Part shown: piece by piece, positions 30,495 to 39,706 of the stretch
Position numbering within the stretch: the stretch's first letter is position 1
Layout: the number at the start of each line of letters is the position of its first letter
IMG/VR virus record: IMGVR_UViG_3300012148_000003
Source of the DNA: a virus
Direction: 5' to 3' (one strand)
DNA: 64,000 nucleotides
Notes under the pieces: model-generated
What the model was told of the DNA's origin: nothing
What the model saw: the letters and a program-made list of their open reading frames with translations, nothing else
Database searches by the model: none
Position numbers and translations under genes: made by a program

Positions 30495-30523
30495 TTTATA
30501 AAAAATAGCAGTAAAAGTGTCAA
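30495..30523 (-). promoter_or_regulatory. Sigma-A promoter TTGACA-N17-TATAAA
   Basis: -35 at 30518-30523 and -10 at 30495-30500, directly upstream of the tRNA-like RNA. Confidence 0.75.
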
Positions 30524-30607
30524 AAAAATTAAGGCTACACCAAAAATGCCTCAAATCAAAAGATTTATGCAATTTTTGTATCCGTAGAATTTCTTATTCA
30601 CTCATCA

Positions 30608-30820
30608 CTAAACATTCACTTTAGCACCACATTCAGAGCAAATAATATAACTCTTCGTTATATGTGTCTTACCACGATATTGACGCAAGTTTCTATCTTT
30701 TTCTGAAATTGGGTAATCTATGTTTACAACATCTTCTCTCTTATATGATAATAATGAATCGCAATCGTCACATCTTGTTGTAAATACTCTGTCACAGCCT
30801 TTTTCTAGTGTTTCTACCAA
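30608..30820 (-). CDS. Small zinc-ribbon protein
   Basis: CDDC and CSEC motifs. Confidence 0.65.
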   Translation of the reverse strand: MVETLEKGCDRVFTTRCDDCDSLLSYKREDVVNIDYPISEKDRNLRQYRGKTHITKSYIICSECGAKVNV

Positions 30821-30837
30821 TTATCTCACATCCTTCA

Positions 30838-31140
30838 TCAATCATTTATTTTTTCATATATTTGCTCAAATGTTTTTGAATCCAAAACAAAAATGTCACC
30901 CATGGTATCTTGAACAATATAGTCACCTACCGATACCTTTTCGTCCGCAACACTCGCACTCTGCCCCATAATATATAATTCGGGTATATCTATACCGTCA
31001 CTATAATAATAAAGAACTTTATTTTTGTAGGCTCTCACAGCCCAATTAGGAACGTAATATTCCCCATTACTCCCCTTTAAATCCCCATCATATTGAAAAG
31101 CTTCGTGTTCAACCACCATTGTCTTTATATACTTCGCCAT
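30838..31140 (-). CDS. Widespread small phage protein (KY..EAxQ / GDYIV...F..IYE family)
   Basis: MAKYIK..EAFQYDG and VGDYIVQDTMGD..TFEQIYE. Confidence 0.65.
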   Translation of the reverse strand: MAKYIKTMVVEHEAFQYDGDLKGSNGEYYVPNWAVRAYKNKVLYYYSDGIDIPELYIMGQSASVADEKVSVGDYIVQDTMGDIFVLDSKTFEQIYEKIND

Positions 31141-31141
31141 T

Positions 31142-31495
31142 TCATTTATCTCCTCTATTTAAAATCCCATTGCCAATATGATATTTTACTTTTTCCTCTG
31201 TGTTTGAAATACTGATAGCAGAAATATCTACTCCTAACAAAGACCTTAAAACAGATTCAGCATTGTCCACATAACATGTTTGGATATGTCTATTCCCTCT
31301 CAGTGAATCTTGTACATCCAAAACGGTTAATGGTTCTGGAATGTTTAAACCCAACTCTAAAGCTTGCATAATTAAATATTTTTTATGTGCCAGAGTTGCT
31401 ACTACAATCGGAATCCGAGTAGTGTCACTACTATATAAGAGCTGGGTTGTTTTTCCCGTTCCTCGTCCCTTGTAAATAATTTTGATCTTTATCAC
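31142..31495 (-). CDS. Small P-loop protein
   Basis: GRGTGKTT Walker A and YVDN Walker-B-like motif; 117 aa. Confidence 0.65.
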   Translation of the reverse strand: MIKIKIIYKGRGTGKTTQLLYSSDTTRIPIVVATLAHKKYLIMQALELGLNIPEPLTVLDVQDSLRGNRHIQTCYVDNAESVLRSLLGVDISAISISNTEEKVKYHIGNGILNRGDK

Positions 31496-31626
31496 CTCCT
31501 ATTTATTTTTTTATTTGTAATTACATTAATCGTTATTTTAACTGAAACGATTGGTGTTAAAACTGGTGCTTGACCTCTTGTTAATTTAGACCAATCAACC
31601 GTTGCATCTTTGGGGTCATTACTCAT
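31492..31626 (-). CDS. Short hypothetical protein (MSNDPK...)
   Basis: GGGGG RBS before ATG 31626. Confidence 0.45.
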   Translation of the reverse strand: MSNDPKDATVDWSKLTRGQAPVLTPIVSVKITINVITNKKINRR

Positions 31627-31636
31627 TTTTACCCCC

Positions 31637-31920
31637 TTATTTACCGGCAGCAGCTTTTTCTTCGCGCTCTGCATTTAATGAATCAACGAAAGCAAACAAA
31701 TTTGTATACTGCTCTATATTATCAAAGTGACGCTGCTTTTCCGCATGGTATTTCTAGGTGTATTATCTTCAATAATATTTCCCTCATTATCCTTTACTAT
31801 GTACTTTCCTTCTCTGTAGGATTGCCAGGCTGATTGAAAACCCTTTCCTACACTTTCCCCATTCTTTTTGAGTTTATTCTTTACTGCATTTCTTTCTAAT
31901 TTCCTAATTGCACTACTCAT
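31637..31920 (-). pseudogene. Probably frameshifted hypothetical gene
   Basis: Adding one A to the A4 run at 31737-31740 extends the frame to a stop at 31637, just before the next RBS. Confidence 0.5.
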
Positions 31921-31974
31921 ACTTTTTTATCCTCTCTTGATATAATTTGAATTGAACGCTGATTTCACCGCATC

Positions 31975-33226
31975 CTAAGCTTTCTTCCCATTTTCATATT
32001 TCAGTAAACTGTCTGGTATGATGTAGAAATACTTGTCTGCTATGTCTTTATGACTTTTTACTATGTCATCCATATATCTCCATGTTGACCCCTTTTTTTC
32101 TACTTCTTTTAGATATAAGTCAGTGTTTCGTTTGTATTTCTTATAATTTTCATTACCCATACCACGACACATTGAATATGTGGCAAAATCAAATTTTTTA
32201 AACAAGCTCGGTTGATTTGCCCAACTCGCTATTGACGAATATAATCCCGCAAATTCGCTATTATACACCTCCTCATATCTCATTATGTAAGGCAACGCTG
32301 AATATTTTGCTAATATGAAACATCTTTCAAATGTATCCCTTATGTCTTGTATCCAAAAATCCAAATCCCATTTTTCATTCCGGTCATAACCACACAATAC
32401 ATAAAATTTAAGTCTTCTCTTAAAATTGGGATATAATTCAAAAATTCGTTCCAATTTTGTTTCTATTATTCCACTATCTCTGATATCATCGAAAGCAAAA
32501 ATATAATCACCATCGTAACTCCAAGTTACAATTTCATGAATCTTTTCATCAGTCAAAAGACGCTCGTCCAGTCCTTGTTTGAACTGAAATTTTTTACCGG
32601 TCGCCCTTACCGCATCGATGATCTGTTTCCAATCTTTACAGGCAAAGAAATTATCGTCAAGAAAACACAATTTTGGCCTATTCACATCCATAAATTCTAA
32701 AACAGTACTATGCTTTACTGAAGCTTCCTTATCTTTATTTACGCAAAATGGACATCCACGGAAACATCCTCTTGTAAGAAATCCTATGCTGTAATCTTTA
32801 TAGTAAATGAAATCTTTTTTCCTCTGCTCCGTTATTAATGCGGTTCATAATCCAATCATCATATAAATGATAATCTGGCTTCATATGTTCAATCTCTGAT
32901 GATAAAGGTGGTGCTTTTTTAAAAAAGAATCCGGTGCCACCATATTCGATGTTTTTTTGTTTTAAGAATTCATTGTTTGAATACCACTCAATAATTGTTT
33001 CGGCACTTTTATTGCTCTTGTCTTTTGGCTCACATGGTATTTCTGTTTCTGTAAACACCTTTGATATAAGTACCTTGTCAAAATCATCAAGATTTTCATA
33101 ATCTATTTTAAGATGCACTGTATTACCATTTTGTTTGTGCCATGCCGATAATTTCATACAGACAAGATTGGGAAATCTATATTTCTTCTTGCCGACAATT
33201 TCAGCATCTATGATTGCTATTTGAAT
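31975..33226 (-). pseudogene. Radical SAM protein gene split by a +1 frameshift
   Basis: Removing one A from the A6 run at 32815-32820 joins the two track ORFs through TRGCFRGCPFC (CxxxCxxC, 32743-32766). The frame is open upstream to ATT at 33226 (IAIIDA..RFPNL). Confidence 0.8.
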
Positions 33227-33268
33227 TTTGCAACACCACCTTCACTTATTTTTAATCACTTTTTATTT

Positions 33269-33697
33269 TTACAAATCTATTCGATATTCATTCCACCTAT
33301 CAAAATCATTTTCCAAAGCACCGCCTACCCACACACATCTTACACCAAAAGAATCACTATATATGTCATACATTTCTTGGACAATCACACCTCTTGTTTT
33401 ACCAATAATCTCTTTGTGTCTACGAATACTATCTAATAATGTTAGAGCAGGTGTTATCGCTTCATAATTAAGTACTCTATAGATATGATGTACCGTATCA
33501 CAGATTTGTTGGTCTTCATGGTGTCCATAACACTTTAAGAAACAACACATCTGTACAAACTCACTCTTATCAACATTATATTTATCCATCTTGAAATCCC
33601 AATATTGATAAAATGACATTATAGATTTTTCCGTTATTGGATGTTTATTTTCGAAATTTGACACATTCAACAACTGTTGTGCTTTAATATATTTCAC
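33269..33697 (-). CDS. Hypothetical phage protein
   Basis: 142-aa ORF with RBS. Confidence 0.65.
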   Translation of the reverse strand: MKYIKAQQLLNVSNFENKHPITEKSIMSFYQYWDFKMDKYNVDKSEFVQMCCFLKCYGHHEDQQICDTVHHIYRVLNYEAITPALTLLDSIRRHKEIIGKTRGVIVQEMYDIYSDSFGVRCVWVGGALENDFDRWNEYRIDL

Positions 33698-33737
33698 TCT
33701 CCTTCCTGTATAAAATATTCCTTCTATTCTTTGTTCA

Positions 33738-33914
33738 CTAATTATTTACCACCACTTCCCATTCACACGCCTGTTCCCAGCACTGTTCGCACGTATTATC
33801 ATTTTCGAAACAATATTCAAAGTTTTTAAAACCAAGAACTGATGGGCAAGAACATCCCCTAAATATTTTGAAAAATTTTGTCTTTTCTTCTTCATTATCA
33901 AACAATATTTTCAT
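33738..33914 (-). CDS. Small Cys-rich protein (58 aa, not in the track)
   Basis: MKILFDNEEEK...CSCP...CEQCWEQAC. Confidence 0.55.
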   Translation of the reverse strand: MKILFDNEEEKTKFFKIFRGCSCPSVLGFKNFEYCFENDNTCEQCWEQACEWEVVVNN

Positions 33915-34001
33915 ATTTTATATTAACTCACCCTTCTAATTTACTAATTACTTTGCCTCTATCATTCAACATAGCTGCTTCATCTTTTTATCCGTGACTT
34001 C

Positions 34002-34172
34002 TTATTTCTCAACTGCATATTTGAATGACAATGGACATCCACTTTCTATACTACCTCCCATGCAAGGAAATCCAGTAAGTTCACATTCATATTCCGCATA
34101 TCCCGTGTCTCTTTCACAATAGTTACAGTTACAATAATCACATTCATCGTAATCTTTTTCAAAAATATCCAT
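34002..34172 (-). CDS. Small Cys-rich protein (56 aa, not in the track)
   Basis: MDIFEKDYDECDYCNCNYCERDTG...C...GCP; preferred over the shadow ORF 34046..34240. Confidence 0.6.
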   Translation of the reverse strand: MDIFEKDYDECDYCNCNYCERDTGYAEYECELTGFPCMGGSIESGCPLSFKYAVEK

Positions 34173-34175
34173 ACA

Positions 34176-34760
34176 CTATTCCTGCTTATTTGCAATACAC
34201 TTAATGTTATTTTCAATTTTTCTGTATGTATCATTAGCATTCAAAATACTTAGTACTGCATTAGATAACATGTTCTTTGTTGAATTATCAAAAGTTTCTT
34301 TCATGGTTTTATTAATATCTTTTCTAATATCATCCATAAAATTATCCAAGTCTTTTTTTATCATGTCATCACAGTTAAATTGTCTGTTGATATATTCTTC
34401 AAAGCTGACATTCTCAAAATCGTCTGAATAAGAAGATGTTTTGCCTTTCTTTTTAACTCTGAGAACTCCAGATTCGAGACGAGCCTTTAATTCCCTTTTA
34501 ATATAATTTTCAACAGTATATTCTTCGATTTTTTCATCACGCCAAGAATTACCAACTTTAATAACTGTTGTTGTAATATACTCATTTGCGAATCTTTCAA
34601 AATTAGCAGATACAGTGTCATTAATTACATCTTTTGCCATTTGATCAATTGTCTTTTTAACTACGGATTCCACTTGTTCTCTGACAACCGCTTCAAGATT
34701 TGTTTCTATAGTACCTTTTACAATGCTTTCTAAATTTTCCAAATCTATTGTTACTCTCAT
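34176..34760 (-). CDS. Helical hypothetical phage protein
   Basis: 194-aa ORF with RBS. Confidence 0.7.
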   Translation of the reverse strand: MRVTIDLENLESIVKGTIETNLEAVVREQVESVVKKTIDQMAKDVINDTVSANFERFANEYITTTVIKVGNSWRDEKIEEYTVENYIKRELKARLESGVLRVKKKGKTSSYSDDFENVSFEEYINRQFNCDDMIKKDLDNFMDDIRKDINKTMKETFDNSTKNMLSNAVLSILNANDTYRKIENNIKCIANKQE

Positions 34761-34771
34761 TTTGACTCCTT

Positions 34772-34963
34772 CTATTCTTTAATTATCAATTCACCGTATT
34801 TATCATAGTCATATTCCGGTGGTATCCAGTCAATTCCTTCACCACAATCCTGACAATAGGCCTGTCCAAGCTCAACCTCGGCCTCACAGCTAGGACATTC
34901 ATAGAATATCCCGCCATTCACTTTCATTTTTATTTCAACCATGTTTTTTATTTCCCCTCTCAA
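34772..34963 (-). CDS. Small zinc-ribbon protein
   Basis: YECPSC...YCQDCG. Confidence 0.65.
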   Translation of the reverse strand: MRGEIKNMVEIKMKVNGGIFYECPSCEAEVELGQAYCQDCGEGIDWIPPEYDYDKYGELIIKE

Positions 34964-35300
34964 GAGTTATTTCTCCATTGCTTTCCATATAAACGGAAGA
35001 AAGCAGAACATCATAATGTCATCGACGGTACGTGATGTTATCTCACCATGTATAAGCAGCTCTAACCATTGCCATGTGAGCGACAATAATACATACCAGA
35101 AAAATGTATTAGCTATCTGTTCCATATTTTTATTTTTCTCCTTCTAAGAACTTTTACTTAAATTCATGCCCCATTTTAAAATGGTTGTAAATGTCGAAAT
35201 ACATAATAGTACATAACACCATGTAGGTGCTGATAAATTTATTAAAATCCATAATAATATTGCATATGTAAACATATTTTTCATTCCCCTTTCTTAAACT

Positions 35301-35350
35301 TTAATACCTTTTGAAAAGAAGTCTCCCATCATCTTTAGGTGGTGAGTTAC
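35301..35350 (+). mobile_element. IS200/IS605-type right-end-like remnant, copy 1
   Basis: GAAGTCTCCC-ATCATC-TTTA-GGTGGT-GAGTTAC hairpin; related copy at 42109. Confidence 0.5.
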
Positions 35351-36690
35351 TGACCTTTAGTAATGTAGGAAATCAGATCTTCTCTTGTATTATCTAAGTC
35401 TCCATCAATGACTAGTTTTAATAATTTATTCAACCACACACCTATGTCTTTTCCTTCTTTTAGTAGTAATATTTTCTTTATGTCATTTCCATTTATAGCT
35501 AAATCTTTTAAGGAAAAGCAGGATTCTTCGGACAATATTTCGTCAAGCAGCATTTTTATATTTTTAACTTTTTGTAGTCTATCTTTGTTATAATGTGGTG
35601 TTTGACCTTTTATATCAGCTTCTCTTACAGACAAAAGCCTCCTAAACTGCTTTTCTCCAATTTTATTTAGCCATCTTTTGATATATTTCTCACCGATTTC
35701 AAAGGTGGCATCGTGATAATATACCAACTCAACAACTTCGTTTCGAGTATTATTGTCAAATCTAAGACGTTTCATAATATCATTTGTCATATCAGCACTT
35801 ACTTTTCCATGACCCTTAAAATGCCTAAGACCATCATCCTCATCTTGAAAACAATGTGGTTTACCGAAATCATGAAAGAAAACTGCTAACCTAACAATCA
35901 AATCATCTGATTTACAATGCTCTATTGCCTGAAATGTATGTTCATACACGTCATAGGCATGATGCGGATTATTCTGTTGAAAGCCAATCATATCTTTTAG
36001 CTCTGGTATAAATAATGAAAACACTTCGCTATATAAGATAAGCTGGATACAGAATTCTTCAGATTGAGCTATTTTACAGAACTCACTATTAATTCTCTCA
36101 ATAGATATATTCTCTAAATTCTTATATTGTTGATGGATTTCCCAATCTGTTCCCGGCACAATTGTGAATTCTAATTGAGAAGCTAAACGAATTGCCCTTA
36201 AAATTCTTAAGGCATCTTCTCTGAATCGCTCTTTTGCTGAACCAACACATTTAATTTTCTTATGCCTAATGTCATCCATTCCATTAAACGGATCAATCAA
36301 ACCTGTTTTGGGATTGTATGCCATAGCGTTAATAGTAAAATCCCTACGTTTCAAATCTTCAATTATACTGTCCGTAAATTTCACTTCATCTGGTCTACGA
36401 CTATCAGAGTATTCGCCATCTACCCTAAATGTTGTAATTTCATATGGTTCATCATTTATTAATATTGTGACTGTACCATGTTGTAATCCGGTAGGAATGA
36501 TATTTTCATATGGTAAAGCCTTTCTAATCGCATCTGGCGTGGCAGATGTACAAATATCATAGTCGTGAGGGATTCTGCATAAAGCACTGTCTCTTACGCA
36601 ACCACCAACCATATATGCTTCATGTCCACATTTCTCAAGTTCCTGAATAATGAAATAAACTGGCGCAGGAATTTCTATATTAAACTTCAC
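35347..36690 (-). CDS. cca: CCA-adding tRNA nucleotidyltransferase with HD domain
   Basis: VGGCVRD, HDYDI, DLKRRDFTINAMA, RFREDALRILR, HDFGKP. Confidence 0.92.
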   Translation of the reverse strand: MKFNIEIPAPVYFIIQELEKCGHEAYMVGGCVRDSALCRIPHDYDICTSATPDAIRKALPYENIIPTGLQHGTVTILINDEPYEITTFRVDGEYSDSRRPDEVKFTDSIIEDLKRRDFTINAMAYNPKTGLIDPFNGMDDIRHKKIKCVGSAKERFREDALRILRAIRLASQLEFTIVPGTDWEIHQQYKNLENISIERINSEFCKIAQSEEFCIQLILYSEVFSLFIPELKDMIGFQQNNPHHAYDVYEHTFQAIEHCKSDDLIVRLAVFFHDFGKPHCFQDEDDGLRHFKGHGKVSADMTNDIMKRLRFDNNTRNEVVELVYYHDATFEIGEKYIKRWLNKIGEKQFRRLLSVREADIKGQTPHYNKDRLQKVKNIKMLLDEILSEESCFSLKDLAINGNDIKKILLLKEGKDIGVWLNKLLKLVIDGDLDNTREDLISYITKGQ

Positions 36691-36806
36691 AAGTTTGACC
36701 TCTTTACATTCTCCACATGTTATAGTTTTGATTATGCAATCCTTTCTCTAATTTAATCTTTCTGTATGTGAATCCTCATATTCCTTCTTATAAAAGCGTT
36801 ATTCTA

Positions 36807-37298
36807 TCATTTACTTGCTTGATCATCTGCACAAAAATTGCACATATTTTTTTCATAATCCCACTCATCTACTGGAACAGAATCATTACAAATTGGGCAA
36901 TCATATCTTAAATATTCCAGAGGATTATAGCCGCTTTCATTTGCATTTAAGACTACTAATGGCTCATCGGATTCTAATTTAATGTCACCTTCTTCAATAA
37001 CTCCATATATTTCACTATGTTTTCCAAGAATTTCACCAAAATATACTTTTTTACCAATTGCATTATCGACCTCTTCTTTTGTTGCTTTAAACAAACCTTC
37101 AACTACTCCTTGTCTCCCACAATTCCAGAAAAAGCTCCATAAATATTGTTTATTATTCTCCCCCTCAGAAATAATTGATTCAATTTTATCAATAATATTT
37201 AAGGTTAATTGGTCTTGTGGCTCCAACCTTTTTATCACTTCCCGTATGATCTTATATTCTTCTAAATTAAGCATTTTTCTCCTTTTCTCACAAAGCAA
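36807..37298 (-). CDS. Phage protein with C-terminal Zn ribbon
   Basis: CGRQG.VEGLF; CPIC and CNFC. Confidence 0.65.
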   Translation of the reverse strand: MLCEKRRKMLNLEEYKIIREVIKRLEPQDQLTLNIIDKIESIISEGENNKQYLWSFFWNCGRQGVVEGLFKATKEEVDNAIGKKVYFGEILGKHSEIYGVIEEGDIKLESDEPLVVLNANESGYNPLEYLRYDCPICNDSVPVDEWDYEKNMCNFCADDQASK

Positions 37299-37304
37299 TT
37301 AACT

Positions 37305-37673
37305 TTATTTTACGGGTTTATATGACTCTGGCAGTGGCATCCATGCAACCGGGTCACAATTATATACCCCTCTATTAATAGCCAAATACCACTTCTGATT
37401 ATCCCAATATGCCACTTGGATATCATCAAATTGCCCAACAGTAAGTACCAGTTCTAATTCTTCTGGAAGTCGCTCCGATACAGGAATCCATCCAGTAAGC
37501 ATTTTACTCTCCATTATCTCTTCTGGAGCCAGTCCAGTATCTTCATAAGCTTTCAGTCTCTTAATCGCATCAAACACTTCATTGCACGATATATTGCTAT
37601 AGCAGTTAGATCTCTCTATACAACCCAAACATTTAATCAAATCAGCTTGCGATTTTGTTGTCATTCTTTTCAA
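37305..37673 (-). CDS. DUF551-like protein with an N-terminal module shared with 12847..13116
   Basis: WIPVSERLPE...VAWMPLPE. Confidence 0.75.
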   Translation of the reverse strand: MKRMTTKSQADLIKCLGCIERSNCYSNISCNEVFDAIKRLKAYEDTGLAPEEIMESKMLTGWIPVSERLPEELELVLTVGQFDDIQVAYWDNQKWYLAINRGVYNCDPVAWMPLPESYKPVK

Positions 37674-38438
37674 TTCTTTATCTCCTTTAAAACCGGTCTT
37701 TTATTAGAGTAATATGTAAATAACTTCTCGATTCTTATATTTTTTTCATCATTTTTTTTCCTTACTACTATTTAGTAATGTTTTGGTTTTCTTTTCCCAA
37801 ATACAAGTAAAGTCATCTGGCATGAAATATTCACTTATTAGCACAATATTGTATATACTCGCTGCTTTTACCCAACCATAAAACTCTTCATAGGGGAATG
37901 CTTCTGTTGAGTATTTTGTAGTATTTTTATATGGTATATCACAATATATAACATAGCCTTTTATCTTGTCTAAAGGTAAATCCTGAAAACAAGTATTTAT
38001 AAATTCAACATCTTTTATTTGAGGCAACTGTTTTTTAAGATTTTTAATAGCTCCAGCCGACCATTTACCACTATTATCATTTTTTGAATCCCTAGCATAA
38101 CCACCAAAATATTTAGCACCAAAACTTGCACAGAACCCTACTAATCCTAAATACCAATTAGGATATTGTTCTTTATTTTGTTGTACCATTTTGTATTCTT
38201 CTTCTAAAATATATTCAGGTAAGTCTTCTTCATGTTCTTGAATATGTTGTAATAATGTAATTAATTGCTTATGTATATCTGCTCCAATGCGTTTCTTGCA
38301 TTGGATCTTGTCAATCATATTTGCACCCCCAACAAAAGGCTCTAAATAACCTTTTGTTTCTTCTGTTATATAAGATTGAATTATAGGTGCTATGTCTTTA
38401 CTTAATTTATTTTTACTTCCAACGTATCTAATTTCAAT
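37670..38438 (-). pseudogene. Dam/D12-class adenine methyltransferase with non-ATG start and an A8 frameshift near the C-terminus
   Basis: Frame is open to 38438 (RYVGSKNKL..EPFVGGAN); DIPY motif; A7 instead of A8 at 37752-37759 would add ..IRIEKLFTY and end at TGA 37670. Confidence 0.75.
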
Positions 38439-38498
38439 TTACCAGAAAGGCAGAATTCTCTTATGGTCGCGACACCTTTGTTCCTTTCTGTAATTTTT

Positions 38499-38672
38499 TT
38501 ATTTTTCCTTTTGCTGATCTTTAATAAAAGATTCACTTGTTTGTATGTACCAGCCACAAAAATTAGAATCTGAAATTCTACAACATACATATTCGCATAT
38601 TTCTTTATCGTTGCAGTCGCGGCAGCATTCTACATGATTACACCCGCGCTCAATGAATCCACATAATCCCAT
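38499..38672 (-). CDS. Small Cys-rich protein (57 aa, not in the track)
   Basis: MGLCGFIERGCNHVECCRDC...; preferred over the shadow ORF 38402..38590. Confidence 0.55.
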   Translation of the reverse strand: MGLCGFIERGCNHVECCRDCNDKEICEYVCCRISDSNFCGWYIQTSESFIKDQQKEK

Positions 38673-38676
38673 TTTT

Positions 38677-39033
38677 TTACCTCGTCAATTCAACTTCTGC
38701 GGAGCTTGTGTCTGGAATGCAATAAGTTTTCACAATGTAATTCTTAAAAGCCTTATTAGCTTCTTCAGTGACTGTCACATACCAATTTTCTAATGCAATG
38801 AGGTTACTGATATCATCATAACAGTATTTGTGACTTTTAAGAAAAAGTGGATCTGAATAAATATTTAGTGGATTCTCCTTACAGGCTACCCCTATTTTAT
38901 ATGTAATACCCTTTGCACCAAAAGAAAAGCTTTCTATGTATAAATTATAGTCCCCCAACTCTGTTTCAAATTCACGTTTATATTTTTCATTCCATTCCCT
39001 AAACGTCGGAAATTCAAACCCTTTTACATTCAT
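38677..39033 (-). CDS. Hypothetical phage protein
   Basis: 118-aa co-oriented ORF. Confidence 0.65.
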   Translation of the reverse strand: MNVKGFEFPTFREWNEKYKREFETELGDYNLYIESFSFGAKGITYKIGVACKENPLNIYSDPLFLKSHKYCYDDISNLIALENWYVTVTEEANKAFKNYIVKTYCIPDTSSAEVELTR

Positions 39034-39037
39034 TAAT

Positions 39038-39343
39038 TCACCTCCTGAATCCTAACTTCCATAAGATGTTATGCCAAATGTACATTATTTCTATTTGCAA
39101 TCTTTGATACCATTTTAGTTGGAAACTCTCCATCATGAATCTATCTATTGCACTTCGATTTCTTTTACACTCTTCGCTTGATATTACTTTAATTTCAGAT
39201 CCATTTCTAAACGTAATTTCACATAAATCGTCTGAATTCTTTAAAAATGGTTTGACAGCATCTTCAAATTCATTTTCATCAACATTAACATCTGGATTCC
39301 ATACCATTGATGATTGTGTGTTTGTTAATTTTTTACCTTTCAT
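39038..39343 (-). CDS. Hypothetical phage protein
   Basis: EITFRNGSEIKVI...WYQ. Confidence 0.65.
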   Translation of the reverse strand: MKGKKLTNTQSSMVWNPDVNVDENEFEDAVKPFLKNSDDLCEITFRNGSEIKVISSEECKRNRSAIDRFMMESFQLKWYQRLQIEIMYIWHNILWKLGFRR

Positions 39344-39649
39344 CTATTCTGATCCAAAATCAACACCTACAATTTCCATATCACTGATAGTAGAACCCCT
39401 ATCAATAGTACGAACATAACAATCAAATCTGGCTGACCGAACATCTCCATCAAATATTACCTTATCTTCTGTTAAGCTTAAATCACCTGATCCTATAATT
39501 ACCTTATTGCCATTTTTATCATATGCTATAATCGGGATCTCTTCACATCCATGTTTTATAGCTTTTTCATAAGCCTCTCTTGTATAAATTATTCCATTCA
39601 CATTTGATTCTTCACAATACAAAGACATTTCGAATCTAACTTTAACCAC
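39344..39649 (-). CDS. Hypothetical phage protein
   Basis: NVNGIIYTREAY; RBS present. Confidence 0.6.
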   Translation of the reverse strand: MVKVRFEMSLYCEESNVNGIIYTREAYEKAIKHGCEEIPIIAYDKNGNKVIIGSGDLSLTEDKVIFDGDVRSARFDCYVRTIDRGSTISDMEIVGVDFGSE

Positions 39650-39706
39650 TTTTTCTCCTTTCCATGAATTTCCTCACCTTATGTTAATTGCAATGAAACA
39701 ACAGTT

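Noticed and set aside
34046-34240. Track ORF of 64 aa
   Set aside because: Shadow frame; 34002..34172 fits the gene packing and gives a coherent Cys-rich protein.
38402-38590. Track ORF of 62 aa
   Set aside because: Overlaps the Cys-rich gene 38499..38672, the leader hairpin and the MTase N-terminus.
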